Assembly: GCA_964016885.1 (NCBI GenBank)
Contig: OZ024740.1
Location: 276,706,001 to 276,770,000 of the forward strand
Length of the DNA stretch: 64,000 bases
Source: Eledone cirrhosa
Taxonomy: Eukaryota
Direction of reading: 5' to 3'
Positions 33,189-48,495 of this stretch are shown here, piece after piece (position 1 is the first letter of the stretch; every line of letters begins with the position of its first letter). Under the pieces are notes generated by a model, which did not search any database, had not been told where the DNA came from, and was given only the letters and a program-made list of their open reading frames with translations. The position numbers were made by a program, and so were the translations under genes.

Positions 33189-33483
33189 CAGCGGTATAAC
33201 TAGGATATTGTAAGCATAGCACGTGTCACGGGCCCCACATGAAGGGGGTGCCACTTGGACAAGGAGCATGTCCTTTTAAAGTCAAATAAGCCTAGACGGA
33301 GAGTGAAAAGAGAAACTCCTTCAGATTCATGGTTTCTGATTATCATGGGTCAGAACACTATGGTGGCTGGATCATTAAACCGTTTATATAAATTATTAGA
33401 CCCATAGGTAAAAAATACAGTTCTGGGTAGGGGCATAGTTTCACTGCTTGCCATAGGCGCTATTTTTCCTAGTTATACCTCTG
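33189..33483. mobile_element. hAT-like MITE
   Basis: TIR cagcggtataactagg / cctagttatacctctg; 8-bp TSD gaaatcag / gatatcag (1 mismatch). Confidence 0.75.
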
Positions 33484-33924
33484 GATATCAGGATATAATT
33501 ATTTTAGTTTCAACACACAATTTCAGATTAATCTCTTGGCAAGCAAATAGTACTACAAAAACATATTCTGTAATTATTATATTCTTTTGAGTGTAGCCAT
33601 CAAGAGATTTGTTCGATTGTGTTATGCTCAGTACAATATTTTGTCTTTATCTGTATATCAATTAGCAAAGAGCCAGCATAAAGAAACATAAAAATCAACA
33701 CAAGATTTTTCTGATTGACTCACTGATTTATTGATCTCCTCATACCACACATATCTATACAAACATATCTATACAACCAAATTTCTCTCACAGTGCATTC
33801 GTCAGTCCGAGGATTTAGTAGAAGATACTTGTCTGCAATATGTCGAGGATTGAGATCGAATTCCCGTGCATGTAGTTACAAATCATATTTCTTACACACA
33901 CACACAAACACACATACAAACATT

Positions 33925-34395
33925 TGGCATTATCGGTAGAGGGTCGGACGCCATACTTTGTAGCAAAGAGTTACGGCCCTTTGAGTTCAAATGATCTGAG
34001 TTCAAATCCCGCCGAGGTTAACTTTACCTTTCATCTTTACGGGGTCGATAAAATAAAGTACCAATCACGCACTGGGGTCGATTTAATCGACTTGACCCCC
34101 CCCCCCCCCCAACAAAAAAAAATCGATGGCCTTGTGCCTATATAAGAAACCATTATTGTCTACTCGACACAGTTGATAGCTACCTTAGGTTTCAAAACAT
34201 GTCCCTGTGTTAGCCGTAAAGTTATATTATGGTCTACATAGGGGGTGTTTTTCATCAGGCGAGTAGGTGCGGTAGTGATAAACTGTGTCGAACAGATAAA
34301 TAATATTGCAGCTCTGTTGATACCAACCCGTTCTTTTTCCGCCAACGTTTCGACAGAAACTTTTCTCTCTCTCTCACTCACTCACTCACTCACAC

Positions 34396-34429
<34 letters not shown>

Positions 34430-35910
34430 TCACTCTCACACACACACACACATATTATAACACACTCGGACACACCCACACACACCACAGTGAACAGTAT
34501 GATTTCAAGTGTTATATTACAATAGATGTGTCTTACTATAGCAATAATCAGATGATAACGGAGTGTGACTTTAGTATTAACGATGAAAAAGAAAATGGTC
34601 ATATCAACTTTCATTAGCCACCACTGAGTCAAGAAGTAAGTAAGAAGCTTTTTCCTCTTATTTATCTAATATTAACGTGGTTTCCATTAAGCTAGGCAAT
34701 AGTATTAGTTACTGAAAACAAATCCAAACGAGGTGAATAGGCAGTAAGAGGAAAGCGTCAAACATGCTTTACGGCACAGAAGTACGCCTCTTTACGTTCT
34801 GAATTCTAATCCTGCTGAGGTTAACTTTGCCTTTCATTCTTACGGGGTCGATAAAATAACATACCAGTAATGCACTAGGGTCGATTTAATCGACTTGCAC
34901 TTCCTCCCCAAAATTGTTGGCCTTGTGCCTAAATCAGAAACCAATATTAACAATATGTAATATAAATTCATTGATTTTTCTAACTCTATTTTATAATCGT
35001 TATTTGCCCGTGAGTTGCCAAGCCATCTAATACTATCGAAGGCAATGGTATAGATAGTATTATTCATGCCAGGAAAACTACTTTCCGACAAAAGCTCTAC
35101 CGGTTTGTTCGGCTTCATCTTGGTTCGACAGTACAGAGATATGTAACTGTTTTGCTCTGTACATCTTAGATATACTTAGAAATAAATCCACCATTACATA
35201 CATTGCCCTTTACAGGGTTAATGGTTGGCCCTATCATAACATGCTAATGTTCACACATTAAAGTAAAGAGCATCGGGATAGCTAACGATCACATGGATAA
35301 GATTAATTGTGTTTTTACTTATGAAATTGAATAGAACAAATCATTTCTTTGTCTGAAAACAAACTTATATGTAAAGCTTAATTATATATAACCATGAGCA
35401 GTAAATTATCTCTGAGGGAGAGTTTGCCTGCAAAAAAACTAAGCCTATATATTCAGTACAAATATTATATCACTTGGGTTGACAGTATCAGTAGAGTATC
35501 GGACGCCATGCTTTGCAGCATAGAGTTACGACCCTTTATGATCTGAGTTCAAATCCCGTAGAGGTTAACTTTGCCTTTCATCCTTACGGGGTCAATAGAA
35601 TAAAGTACCAGTCACGCACTGGGGTCGATTTAATCGACTTTCTCCTCCCCCTGGCCTTCTCCCTATGTAAGAAACCATTATTCAGAGGTAGCAGGGCGGT
35701 GGATTGGCAGTATAGGTAGAGTCTCGGACGTCATGCTTTGCTGAATAGAGTTACGGCCTTTTATAATCTGAGTTCAAATCCCACCGAAGTTAACTTTGCC
35801 TTTCATCCTTACGGGATCGATAAAATAAAGAACCAGTCGCGCACTGGGGTCGATTTAATCGACTTTCCTCTCTCCCCAAATTGCTGGCCTTGTGCCTATA
35901 TAAGAAACCA
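33925..35910 (+). mobile_element. Four SINE copies (~33925-34155, 34730-34945, 35477-35680, 35693-35910)
   Basis: SINE core motif; longer subfamily with ggggtcgatttaatcgactt. Confidence 0.8.
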
Positions 35911-36731
35911 CTTTAGTAGAAATAAATGTTTAACACAGTTATTTCAACCATTCTTCCGCTTCCGAGGAGAGAATAGTAAAATGAAACAGCTATGTTTGAC
36001 CATTCAATGATCCTTGTCGTGTATTCTGACATCCAGGGGAAAATTGTTGAACAATGCAAGCCATATATAGATAAATATAAAAATTGCGAAATGTCTAATC
36101 CTGGAAAATAGCTCATATGTTACATATATGTTGATTCGTTGAATATCAGATCAGAGATTTATAACAAGTGCAGCCATTTTGGGAAGGTTCTTTTAGCTAA
36201 TTGGAAATAGATCTGACCCCCTGATTAAATGCATCTACAATATAGTTATATATATTTATATAGTTTAATAATTCTGTATCATTTCCAATTTTAATTTAAC
36301 CCATGTTTAGTATCTAAGCTAAAGTCGGTAATTAACTGCAACATGTAAAATATGACACTACGTGATGGATATACAGTGACTAAAAATAAACATATACGAT
36401 ATTAATTATAGTATTCGACACGTTTAACTTGCATATTGCTAACACAAGGGAGGTACTTCAACTCCGATAGTTAATATATAAAATCTAAGATGTTACATAA
36501 CCTTAATGTGGGCGGAAATGGAATTTGGAACCATAATTTCATTTGTGCAAAGGTGACTTAGATATTCAACTGGTGAATACGGTAGCAAACCTGAAGCCAC
36601 TTGGGGGTAATATTGACCATAACTATAACTACTATAAGTTCCTGGGTATTTCACTCTACTCTCACTCATTTTCTTTTCCTGCAGCTCTCTCTCTCTCTCT
36701 TTTTTTCACACACACACTCATATATATATAA

Positions 36732-36914
<183 letters not shown>

Positions 36915-37504
36915 TTCATACACACACATACACATATATGTGTGTTTGTGTGTGTGTCTGTGTGTATGTGTGTGTCTGTGTATTTATGTGGGAGAGAGAG
37001 ATGGTGAGAACATAGGCACTTTTTTCTAATTTAATTTCTTTCTCCAAGTTACTTAATTTTCTGAACTGTTATTTATTGCAATCGACTCTTGCGATAGTCA
37101 TTCCCATTGGGACGACTATATTTCAAACCTCATGTGTATATGTGTGTGTGTCTATATGTATAATTAAATATATATTTATAAAAAATTGTAATTTAAACAC
37201 CTGCTTTCATATGGAAATAAAAACGAAAATTCACAAGCACGCGCACAACGGCACAGTTATTCAATAACAAACAATTGTATTGTTAAACCAAGCAACGCCC
37301 CTTCCTATTATCCACGTACGAAAATAACACACTGCCACATTCAACTAATAAGTACGAAAACCACAGCCCAAGCCAAAAATGAAATTTATATGAGCAAGTT
37401 CCAGAATCCCAATATAGCTAAGTGAAGGAACAGAGCAGATACTTCGATGTCCAGAATATAACTTTACACTCTGCTTAGACATAATGAGTGCTCAGTCCGT
37501 TAAT

Positions 37505-37566
<62 letters not shown>

Positions 37567-37567
<1 letters not shown>

Positions 37568-37907
37568 CGTGTTTCTTTAGAAATACGAAATTTCTATACA
37601 TATCTGTATACCGCTATGCTTGAAGTTAAATCCTATTTCTATTCTATTATAAGTTGAGCCATCTTATGCAGCTTCATATGCAAATGAGATTAATCACCTC
37701 ATTTACACGGACGAGAAAACTATATATTCTCGACTGTTCTCAAGTCCAGCAGTCTCAAGCGTGGGAGGGGTGGTCCCGATGAAGACCAGTCAAGTCTGAA
37801 ATGCATAGACATCTTGCTAAACGTTTATCCTGTAAACATACTGTTTCTTTAGAAATACGAAATTTCTATACGTATCTGTAAACAGCTACGCTTGAAGTTA
37901 AATCTTA
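37567..37907 (+). mobile_element. Retrozyme-like 1.25-mer (unit ~272 bp) with an HHR; partial copy at ~55001-55075
   Basis: gtttctttagaaatacgaaatttctata...gcttgaagttaaatc occurs as a direct repeat at 37571 and 37843. It ends in (TA)n. Confidence 0.7.
37773..37810 (+). ncRNA. Minimal type-I hammerhead (core variant CCGATGA)
   Basis: gtc-CCGATGA-agac-cagtcaa-gtct-GAAA-tgca-TA^-gac; palindromic stem III ATGCAT. Confidence 0.7.
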
Positions 37908-38037
37908 TATATATATATGAGGTATATGATTTTTAATGCGATGAAATATCAATGATGGTTGGAAAATCACTGACGAAGGACTATTTTTATCATATGTAAC
38001 CCATGTGCAACCACGCAGTATTCTTCTTTCTACTCAT

Positions 38038-38103
<66 letters not shown>

Positions 38104-38373
38104 TTAATATAGATAAGATTCTACAGGACTAGAACTGTTTCATTCATTTGAAATCATCATTCCTGATGATTTCAAATATATGTATACAGACGCACAGTAG
38201 TATGTATATATATATATACATGCACACATATATATATTTACGTATGGGTTTACCGAACATTTATTATAATGTTCGGTTTGTTTGTAAACAAACAGCCCGA
38301 ATTACGCCATGCAGTGCTCGGCAACCATCGTCGCGCTTTTGTTCAACACTGACACATATATATACACACACAC

Positions 38374-38417
<44 letters not shown>

Positions 38418-38867
38418 AAAGAGAGAGAGAAGGAGTGTGTGTTACACTATCAAAAAAGAATTTCCCCGTACATACTTCAATTGCTAACCCCTTGTATCTG
38501 CACACACGTAACTCAATAATTCTTCCGGAGTTCGAGAATCTTAGCTACTCCGTTGCAGTTCAAATGGTGTTCTCTTTGCCCGCAAAACGAGTGCATTTAA
38601 ATGACATCTTAACGTTTTAGAACAACCAGAAATTACGATAAGTTATGCCCGGATATCAAGGAGCCTGGCAAAGAAGCAAAATGCCTTTCTTTGCCAAGAA
38701 ACTTTGAAATAGTCGCAATGAATGAGTCTGAGCATTGTCATGTTGCAGCTGTCAGTTTTACCAGTTTTGCTAAGCCCACAGATCCGGTTACTTGCACCGA
38801 ACTGCATCACGAATACGTCGAATTACTTTTATTTAAGAGAACTTATTTAAGAGTACATGGCCGCCGA

Positions 38868-39070
38868 TTGACAATATCGGTAGAGCGTCGGACAACATGC
38901 TTTGCAGCTTAGAGTTACGGCCCTTTATGATCTAAGTTCAAATCCCGCCGAGGTTAACTTTGCCTTTTATCCTTACGGGCTCGATAAAATAAAACCTGAT
39001 ACGCACTGGGGTCGATTTAACCGACTTCCCCTCCCCTCAAATTGCTGGCCTTGTGCCTATATAAGAATCC
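38868..39070 (+). mobile_element. SINE copy
   Basis: SINE core motif. Confidence 0.8.
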
Positions 39071-39239
39071 CTTTCAACTATCTGTTCTTCTGGTGCGTAT
39101 TTGTGATGCACAGCGCCTCGGTAGATGACCAGAACTGTACGCCTCACCTAGATTTTGCTCTCCATCAAACGTGGTATTATGGGCAGATGTATTGGTTACC
39201 GTTTAATACCTGGGCACCCATGAGTAGTCTCCATTTTTC

Positions 39240-39885
39240 ACAGAACTCAGGAACACAGGTCCCTTTTGGCAGTATCCAGCTTATCTTGCACAACTTCAGA
39301 ACGAAGTTGTTGTTCCTTCTCAGAAAGTATCTTAGGCACAAATTTCACAGCCTCTCTGTGCATGCTCAAATCCTTCTTTATACTTATAGGTACAGAAACC
39401 TTACTGATCCCAATCTCGTTACCATTTACCCACATGATGAAACGATGATTTTCCATTATCAAGGTCCTCATTTTCTCAATAATACAGCTTGTTGGCAGCC
39501 TCCCTGGATTCTATTCATCTCCACCGATGTCCGGCCATGTTTGAAACTGTTGTACTATTCATCAATATAGCTAACATCCATGGCATTTTCACCAGAAGTG
39601 CAGTGAAAGTTTCGAATTGTTTCCTCTTTTCTATCTCCAAGGTTTTGACAAAAACTTGATGCAAGATCGCTGCTCATCGTGTTCCGTCATCAAGAATGAA
39701 ATTAAAATACTACGAGTGATACAGCACCTCACACGCTGATTGACTGACAGCAAATGATGCATCTAACGAAGTCATCCAAAGGCACGCATGCGCATGAATG
39801 CGTGCAGATCCACTTGTTGCACACTTTTATCTCACTAACGTCTATACTTACCTCGGGAAAAAATAAACACTAATCCTTTCTCTAC
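39240..39885 (-). pseudogene. Mariner 5' relic (HTH/linker region)
   Basis: IGISKVSV..IKKDLSMHREAVKFVPKILSEKEQQLR resembles the mariner HTH and (W/F)VP(R/K)xL linker. Confidence 0.7.
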
Positions 39886-39949
39886 ACTCCTTTCTCTCTC
39901 GCTCTCTCTCTATCTCCCTCTCTCTCTCTGTCTTTTTCTCTCATACACA

Positions 39950-40640
<691 letters not shown>

Positions 40641-40950
40641 AACTCCTGTTTATACAGTAAATCTAGATAGCGTATCTTACTATGTTACGTATCGTTGGAA
40701 AGCGCTTTACTCTATACAGTACCAAGCTGTTGATTAAATTACACTAAAGAAAATCTGAATGCTCTTGGGTAAAAATGTTCAGTACGGCATATAAACTTTC
40801 ATATTCAATTTGGGAGGGAAATGAACGCAGGTTCAGTGTGGTTGCTTACTAAGGAGAAATATACATATTTACTGCAAAATTATGAAAGCCGCAGTCAATA
40901 ATCTGTTACACGCACGCACACACACACACACACATACATACATACACATT

Positions 40951-41033
<83 letters not shown>

Positions 41034-42082
41034 CTACTATGAGTAACGTGTTGTTCACGCTAGAACATATTTATGCATGGATCCATAACCTTTGAAGGAG
41101 TTGCAGTTGTGTCATCGTGGTATATGGCGTATCTTGGGTACTTTAAACCTAGCAGAGCCCATCCACTCTCCAGGTTTGAACATACCCAATTTCTTCCAAA
41201 TAAGGAGAGCGGGAGAGAGAGAGAGAGAGATGGGGGGGGGGGATCAACCTTAGTGCTAGACTGGTACCTTTTTTTATCGACCTCGAAGGGAAGAAAAGCA
41301 ATGTATTGAATCAAAGCTACACTTAGGTCTTTGGCAGATCCCAACTACTACATCCTATCTGATTCCAAGCATTTATTTGCGGTTGTTCAGCTGCAAATTG
41401 CCGAAATGTTTGAGAGAATTACAGGCCTTCTCCATTCTGTCCGGCGGGGCTCTGGGGTGGCCAGCACGTGGGACCCCATTTGCGCAGCATACAGACAGAT
41501 GGGGCGGGCGATAGGGAGAGAGGGAGGCGATGACAGTGGAAGTTCGGCTCTTGCCATTCTGAGTTCAAATCCCGCCGAGGTTAACTTTGCCTTTCATCCT
41601 TACGGGGTCGATAAAATAAAGTACCAGTAATACACTGGGTAATTTGATGGCCTTGTGCCAAAAGTAGAAACAATTATTACTAAGGAATTGTATATGATGG
41701 GCTGGGGGGTCGTGTGTGGCAACGATTTGTTCCCGGCTTGTCTGTTTTGTCTAAATTGTCTCTCTGACAAGTTGTCTTGGCACCGAGTAATATCCCTTTA
41801 ACAGTGCAGTGTTGCAGATATTTATCTCTTTCTCTTGTCCTGGCCTTCCTCTCATCATCATCCCTACATCATCACCGCCACCACCACCACCACCACCACC
41901 ACCACCACTATCATCACCATCATCATCATCACACTAGTCGTCATCATCATCACCAGAAGCAACAATAGCTCAGAACTGTTCTCTTTGTTTTCTCACATTT
42001 TTTTTTCCGATTAAGATGTTAATGGAACTGTTGTAAGTCGTTCAGGTTCAACGGCTTCGATGTAAAGTCAGCGCCTCTTCTA

Positions 42083-42342
42083 GTTGTTGTTGTTGTTGTT
42101 GCTGTTGTTGTTGTTGTTGTTGTTGTTGTTGGTTTTATTGTTTCTGTTATTATTCTCATTTTCATTATCGTCGTTGGCGCTGGTGGTGTTGGTGGTGTTG
42201 GTGGTGTTGGTGGTGGTGGTGTTGTTGGTGTTGGTGGTGTTGGTGGTGGTGGTGGTGGTGTTGGTGTTGTTTGTGGTGGTGATGTTGGCGCTGGTGGTGT
42301 TGGTGGTGTTGGTGGTGGTGGTGTTGGTGGTGGTGGTGTTGG

Positions 42343-42388
<46 letters not shown>

Positions 42389-42893
42389 GGTGTTGGTGGT
42401 GTTGGTGGTGGTGGTGTTGGTGTTGTTTGTGGTGGTGTTGGTGGTGTTGGTGGTGTTGGTGGTGTTGCTGGTGTTGGTGGTGTTGGTGGTGGTGGTGGTG
42501 GTGGTGTTGGTCGTGGTGGTGTTGGTGTTGGTGGTGTTGCTGATGTTGGTGGTGGTAGTGGTGGTGGTGGTGTTGGTGTTGGTGGTGTTGGTGTTGGTGG
42601 TGTTGGTGTTGGTGGTGTTGGTGGTGTTGGTGGTGTTGGTGTTGGTGTTGGTGGTGTTGGTGCTGGTGGTGTTGGTGGTGGTGGTGTTGGTGGTGGTGGT
42701 GTTGGTGGTGTTGGTGGTGGTGTTGGTGTTGGTGGTGTTGGTGTTGGTGTTGGTGGTGGTGTTGGTGGTGTTGGTGTTGGTGGTGTTGGTGTTGGTGGTG
42801 GTGATGTTGGTGGTGGTGGTGTTGGTGGTGGTGGTGGTGTTGGTGTTGGTGGTAGTGGTGTTGGTGGTGGTGTTGGTGGTGGTGTTGTGGTGG

Positions 42894-42926
<33 letters not shown>

Positions 42927-43138
42927 CGTTGTTGTTGGTGGTGGTGGTGGTGGTGGCGGTGGTGGATGATGTGTTGTTGGTGGATGTGGTTTTTGTTATT
43001 GGTGGTGGATGTAGTTGTCGTTGTTGTTGGCGGTGGTGCTGGTGGTTGTTATTGTCGTTGGTGGTGGATGTGGTTGTTGTTGTTGTTGTTGGTGGTGGTG
43101 GTTGTTGTTGTTGTTGTTGGTGGTGGTGGGGGTTGTTG

Positions 43139-43169
<31 letters not shown>

Positions 43170-43290
43170 AAGGTGTTGTTATTGTTGTTGGTGGATGTAC
43201 TTGGTGGTGGTGGTGGGTTGGATGGAATGTTTGTTATTGTTGGTGGATGTGGTTGTTGTTGGTGGTGGTGATGATGGTGGTGGTTGTGCT
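42083..43290. repeat. ~1.2-kb compound (GGT)n/(GTT)n trinucleotide tract
   Basis: Direct inspection. Confidence 0.95.
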
Positions 43291-44022
43291 ATTGACGCTT
43301 TCGATAACAACTCTTATTGTTGATGGTCTCTTGTATCCAAAGACGTGTTTTTGTTTTAGTAAGCAGCATTAGAAGAGGGAGTCGCCGACCTCGTTGATAT
43401 AGCAACAGCAACAGCAGTAGCAGCTTTGTTGTTGTTACACATATTGTTATTGTTTTTTTTTTATGTTGACATTGTTTAGTTCAGCATGAGTCCCCTTATC
43501 ATCTCGACCTATGGCACGTAAAATGTCTGCTGAAAGATTCCATTCTATCCACATATCCATTGTTGCAAGTATAATATGTCTCTACAAAATGGAGTATCAT
43601 ACTGTGCACTGTTAAATACAATTGTTTATTGAATGGATTGTAATTTGGTGTTATCGCAGCGTTGTTATTTTTGTTTTTCACTGTGTAGTTCGTTTTTATA
43701 TACCACTAGTTTGTTGTGGTGGCCATATTTGTGATTGGCCAAGGAAGTCTCGGCTAGAGCACAACAGTTAGTTGTTCCTCTGTGGTTCTATTGATGTTAT
43801 ATGTCTCGGTGGTGGAGACTAGACAGAGTCTTTACAATGTCGGATAGAATGTTTGTGGTATTCTTTCCGGTTCTCTGCGCTCTGAGTTCAAATCTCATCA
43901 AATTCATGTTTGCTTTTAATCCTTTTCAGGTTGATGAAATAGTACCAGTCCAATGGTGGGGTCGATTCTTCATCTATATTTCTTTCTGACGTCCCCTCTA
44001 TCACTCTCTATTTCTTTGCGTA

Positions 44023-44099
<77 letters not shown>

Positions 44100-46921
44100 A
44101 AGAAAGCTGCTGTGTTCAGATCTAGAGATGAGAGGACCTCCACCAGGTTTAAACAATGCTCAAGAAACTCAGTGTATCAATCACTGCGGTGCCCTTACAA
44201 CTCCATCTGGAGTTATGGGTCCATACATACACACATGTATCCCAGCATAAAATCGAGGCTGTTGGAATTATTTTTGTATAAGTATACATTTTTGTAATGT
44301 TTGTTTGGACTGAATGAGAGTACTAATGCTTCTATGGATTGTGTTCTTCTTTAAACTTAGATCATGCCGAACTAACTAGAACTATGATCATGCCCGATCC
44401 TTTTGTACATCTAGGATCATATTGGCCAATGCGTCTTTTATTTTCAAGGGGATAGGATTTGATACGAAAGAATGTACCTGCAATTCCTCGCAGAGTAAGC
44501 AATTCCATAGATGTTCCTTCTTGTAATAATAGTTGTGATTTCAGGTATCATTTATCTTTTTATGTGTTGAAGGAGTGATTGTCTACTGTGAGGCCTAGAA
44601 CCTACAGCCACAAATTCTGCACATCTGTTTTAGAGACTCGGATGAAAGAATATCTACGCGGCCGCTCGACTTGCTAGAACTGATAGATAAATCTATCGTC
44701 TTAAAAAGGGAATCAAACAATCCTTGACATTAAAAATTAAGATGGAAAATTAGAAATGTCGTGTCAGGAATAACTCTGCGACCCCCTAGCTCTACCAACA
44801 CTACCATTATCATCCAATACGCCATCATGGTTTGGCAGTATCGGTAGAGCGTCGGACACTATGCTTTGCAGCATAGAGTTATGGCTCTTTACGTTCTGGG
44901 TCATTGCTCTTTATCTCAAGGCTACTCAGTATGTTTGACAGATTCGAAAAATAATAGATTTCCCCATAAGATCTTTAGAATATCTGAATAATGAAGTTTC
45001 AGCTTTTTTGCTATTTCGTTTACAACTTCTCTTCGTTCCAGATAATAACGAATTTGTGCCTGGAAAGCTCAGTACCTCACACCAACCAACATGCATCAGT
45101 TATAAAATAGTGTTGCTGCCTGCATAGTATGGCGCTCACCGTTCTCCATGGTACTTATTCTACCCTGATGGCAATTCATAGTTATTCCAAAATATTTGGT
45201 TTTCTTCATGCCATTTCTGGAAATGCTACATCCACTGTGAAGGTAAGACAATAGTGAGAGTCGTGAATAGGAGAACATCTCCTAGATGTTAGCTACCAGC
45301 TTCCTGCCTAATAAGCAATCTCGCACCAATAGCAACAGCATTCATCAGAGTGCAGTAGCTCAAAGGATAGCAATGTTGTGTCTATAAAAACGCATAAAGT
45401 GCACTTTCAAATTAACCAAATTATTATCTACAGGTAGCTGTAACACGTATCTCTCTATTTCCCTTTCTCTCTTTTCAAATATCACCGAGGTCGACTTTGC
45501 CCTTGTCTTTCCAGAGTCGACATAATAATGTACTAGTCAAGTACTGCAATCAATATAATCAAATTTCAACCCTTGGCCCTATGTAAGTAATCAATATATA
45601 TTTTCCACCATATACTTTCTGAGTTTAAGTTTCACAAGTGTTGCTTTAGATGGTGAATTGGCAGAGTCGTTAGAATGTCGGATAGAATGCTTTGCGTTGT
45701 TCGTTTCGGCTCTCTACTCTCCGAGTTCAAACCCCACCGAGGTCAACTTTGCCTTCTATCCATTTGAGGTTGATAAAAATGCAACGGCCTAGTTCTGTGG
45801 TTGATTAATCTTCTATGTCTCATGTCTCGTTCTTACTTCCATTCTATCACTCTCTCTGTCCTTCTGTGGAAGAAACCTGCCGTATTCAGACCTGGAGAGG
45901 AGATGGGCTCCGCCAGGTTTTAAAATGCTCTAGAACGCTGTATATCAATGCGGTGCCCCGACGATTCTCTCGAAAGTTTCGGGATCATGCATGCATGCAG
46001 TGCTGCTTTACTTTTAGTGCCTGTCATTAAACTAGGTTGTTTTAATCGACTGTACTCGTCTAATGCCCAATTTTAGCCTTGTATCACTGTTAGAATTCCC
46101 CTTCGATAACATCGTTTTCGTCTTTCAAATTAACCAATTTATCATCTACGGGTTGAATAGATGTAACACGCATTTCTCCACCTAACTCTGTCCTCCCCCC
46201 TCTTTCATCGTATCTGCAGCTGTCATGTTTTGATGTCCCGCTGGAACAAGGAAATGAGGGTTGAGAGGGTGTTGGTCTACTTGCGACTACAGGTGCACCT
46301 AAAACAGGATCGAAAGCATGGTGCATGAAGAGAAAAGTGTTTTCTGCTAACGCCTCCGTCACCACCACCACTGCCGCTGTCGTAATCACCATCATTCTCG
46401 TTGTCGTTTTTGTTCTGGTTGTTTAAACCCAGGTCAGTTCTCATGAGATAGAACTATTACAGATGGCATTCCGACCACGGAAATACCAAACTTTTTGTAT
46501 GAGAAAGACTGCATTGTCCGATATATATACATTTTTATTTAAAGATGATAGAATAAAATTTGACGGAGGTTTACAAATTATTCCTTGTAAGTATCAGCAA
46601 AACAACAACAATAACAAAAAAAAAAATGGACAAAAAGAAAAACGAAAACTTGTAGACGTGTCCGCCTTGGTTCACTTGTTCTTAATATAGTTGTTGAGAT
46701 AGGTGCGACTAATACTGACGTCTACGGTGAAAGTAATAATGGCGGGATTGATGATAGTGGCAGCACTGATAGTTATGGAGACAACAGAGGGGGATTAGGG
46801 TTGTATGGCGGTAAATAATATGATGGCGTTCGTATTTCTGTTGGTAGAAATCTAAAGATGGAGATGCCGCTATTGCTTGAAATGAAGAGTATCACGTGAT
46901 TTTTTTGTAAGACAATGGTAA

Positions 46922-47560
46922 TAATTGTTTCTACTTTTGGCACAAGGCCAGCAATTACCCCAGTGCATTACAGGTACTTTATTTTATCGACGCCCGTAAG
47001 GATGGAAGGCAAAGTTAACCTCAGCGGGATTTGAACCCAGAGCGTAAAGGGTCATAACTCTACGCTGCAAATCATGGTGTCTTACGCTCTACCGTAGAAA
47101 CATTATTATCATTGTCTTAGGGCGGTGGATTGGCAGTATCAGTAGAGCGTCAGACACCATGCTTTTCGGCATAGAGTTATGGCCCTTTACATTCTGAGTT
47201 CAAATCCCGCCAGGTTAACTTTGCCTTTCATCCTCCGCCTTAAGACAATAATAATAATGTTTCTAATTTTGGCACAAGGCCAGCAATTACTCAGTGCATT
47301 ACTGGTACTTTATTTTATCGACCCCCGTAAGGATGAAAGGCAAAGTTAACCTGGCAGGATTTGAACTCAGAACGTAAAGGGCCCGAACTCCATGCTGAAA
47401 AGCATGGTGGCTGACGCTCTACTGATACTGCCAATTCACCGCCCTAAGACACAATTACCCCAGTGCATTACGGGTACTTTATTTTATCGACCCCCGTAAA
47501 GATGAGAGGCAAAGTTAGTCTTGGCGGGATTTGACTCAGAACGTAAAGGGCCATAACTCT
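46922..47560. mobile_element. Rearranged SINE cluster with an internal inversion
   Basis: Minus 46922-47095, plus 47120-47235, minus 47258-47445, minus 47455-47560. Confidence 0.8.
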
Positions 47561-48495
47561 GGGGGGGGGGGGGAGGGGGGGGGGGGGGTACTGCCAAACC
47601 ATGATAATAATGGCGTATAGGATGATAATGGTAGTTGGTTGGTAGTGGGGTTAGTAGGATGGCAGGTTGCTAGTTGGTTGTAGGTGTGTAGTAGTAGTTG
47701 AGTGAGTAGCAATTGTAGGTGTAGTAGTAGTAGTAGTAGTAGCATCATCAACAGTACTAGTAGCAATAATAGCAATAGTAGTAGTACAAGTAGTGATCAT
47801 AGTGGAGCTGGCGTTATGGTAGGAATGATGGTTGTGGTACTTACTATTTCTTAGTGATAGAAACGCCGATATAATATATGTTACTGCTAGTGATGAGGAT
47901 GATGATAGTGATGATATAATTGGTAGTGGTGTCGGTAGTGGAGGTCAGTAAATTCGCATTTCAAATATTTGACATTATTTCATGCTTTGTTAGTTTTTCA
48001 CACATTTCTTGTCCGTTTTCAATCCGTGTATTGATTTTTTTTACGGATGCGATGCGCATAGCAATCTATTTTGACATACTTTTTACTCTTGATTCTCACT
48101 AATTCACTACCCTTATGAACTCTATATAGTTACACATTTATATTTACAAATCTGATTATGTAGCCATTCTACATTTGATTTGCGTTTGTAAAACAAAAAT
48201 GCAAACAGACACACACTCACATAGGTACTTATATACACAAGGATGCGAAGGCACGTACGTATGCAGGCATACATGCACTCATTGCTTATATTCATTGTTA
48301 TACATATATTGTATGGTGTATATTGAGGTAGTTATCAATCAATATCTATAATTCTTTCTCTTCCTTATATAGAGCGCGCGCGCGCACACATATATATATA
48401 TATATATATAGGAACATGTTAAAGACCCCGACGGCAGAGCTCAAGCCGTTTCGACGGTTATTTCTGGACTCAGTTATATATATATAAATATATAC

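Noticed and set aside
34840-35118. 92-aa ORF as a host exon
   Set aside because: No recognisable domain or clear splice sites, and it ends inside a SINE.
42084-43271. 395-aa poly-Val/Leu ORF
   Set aside because: Translation of a GGT/GTT microsatellite, which is stop-free by composition.
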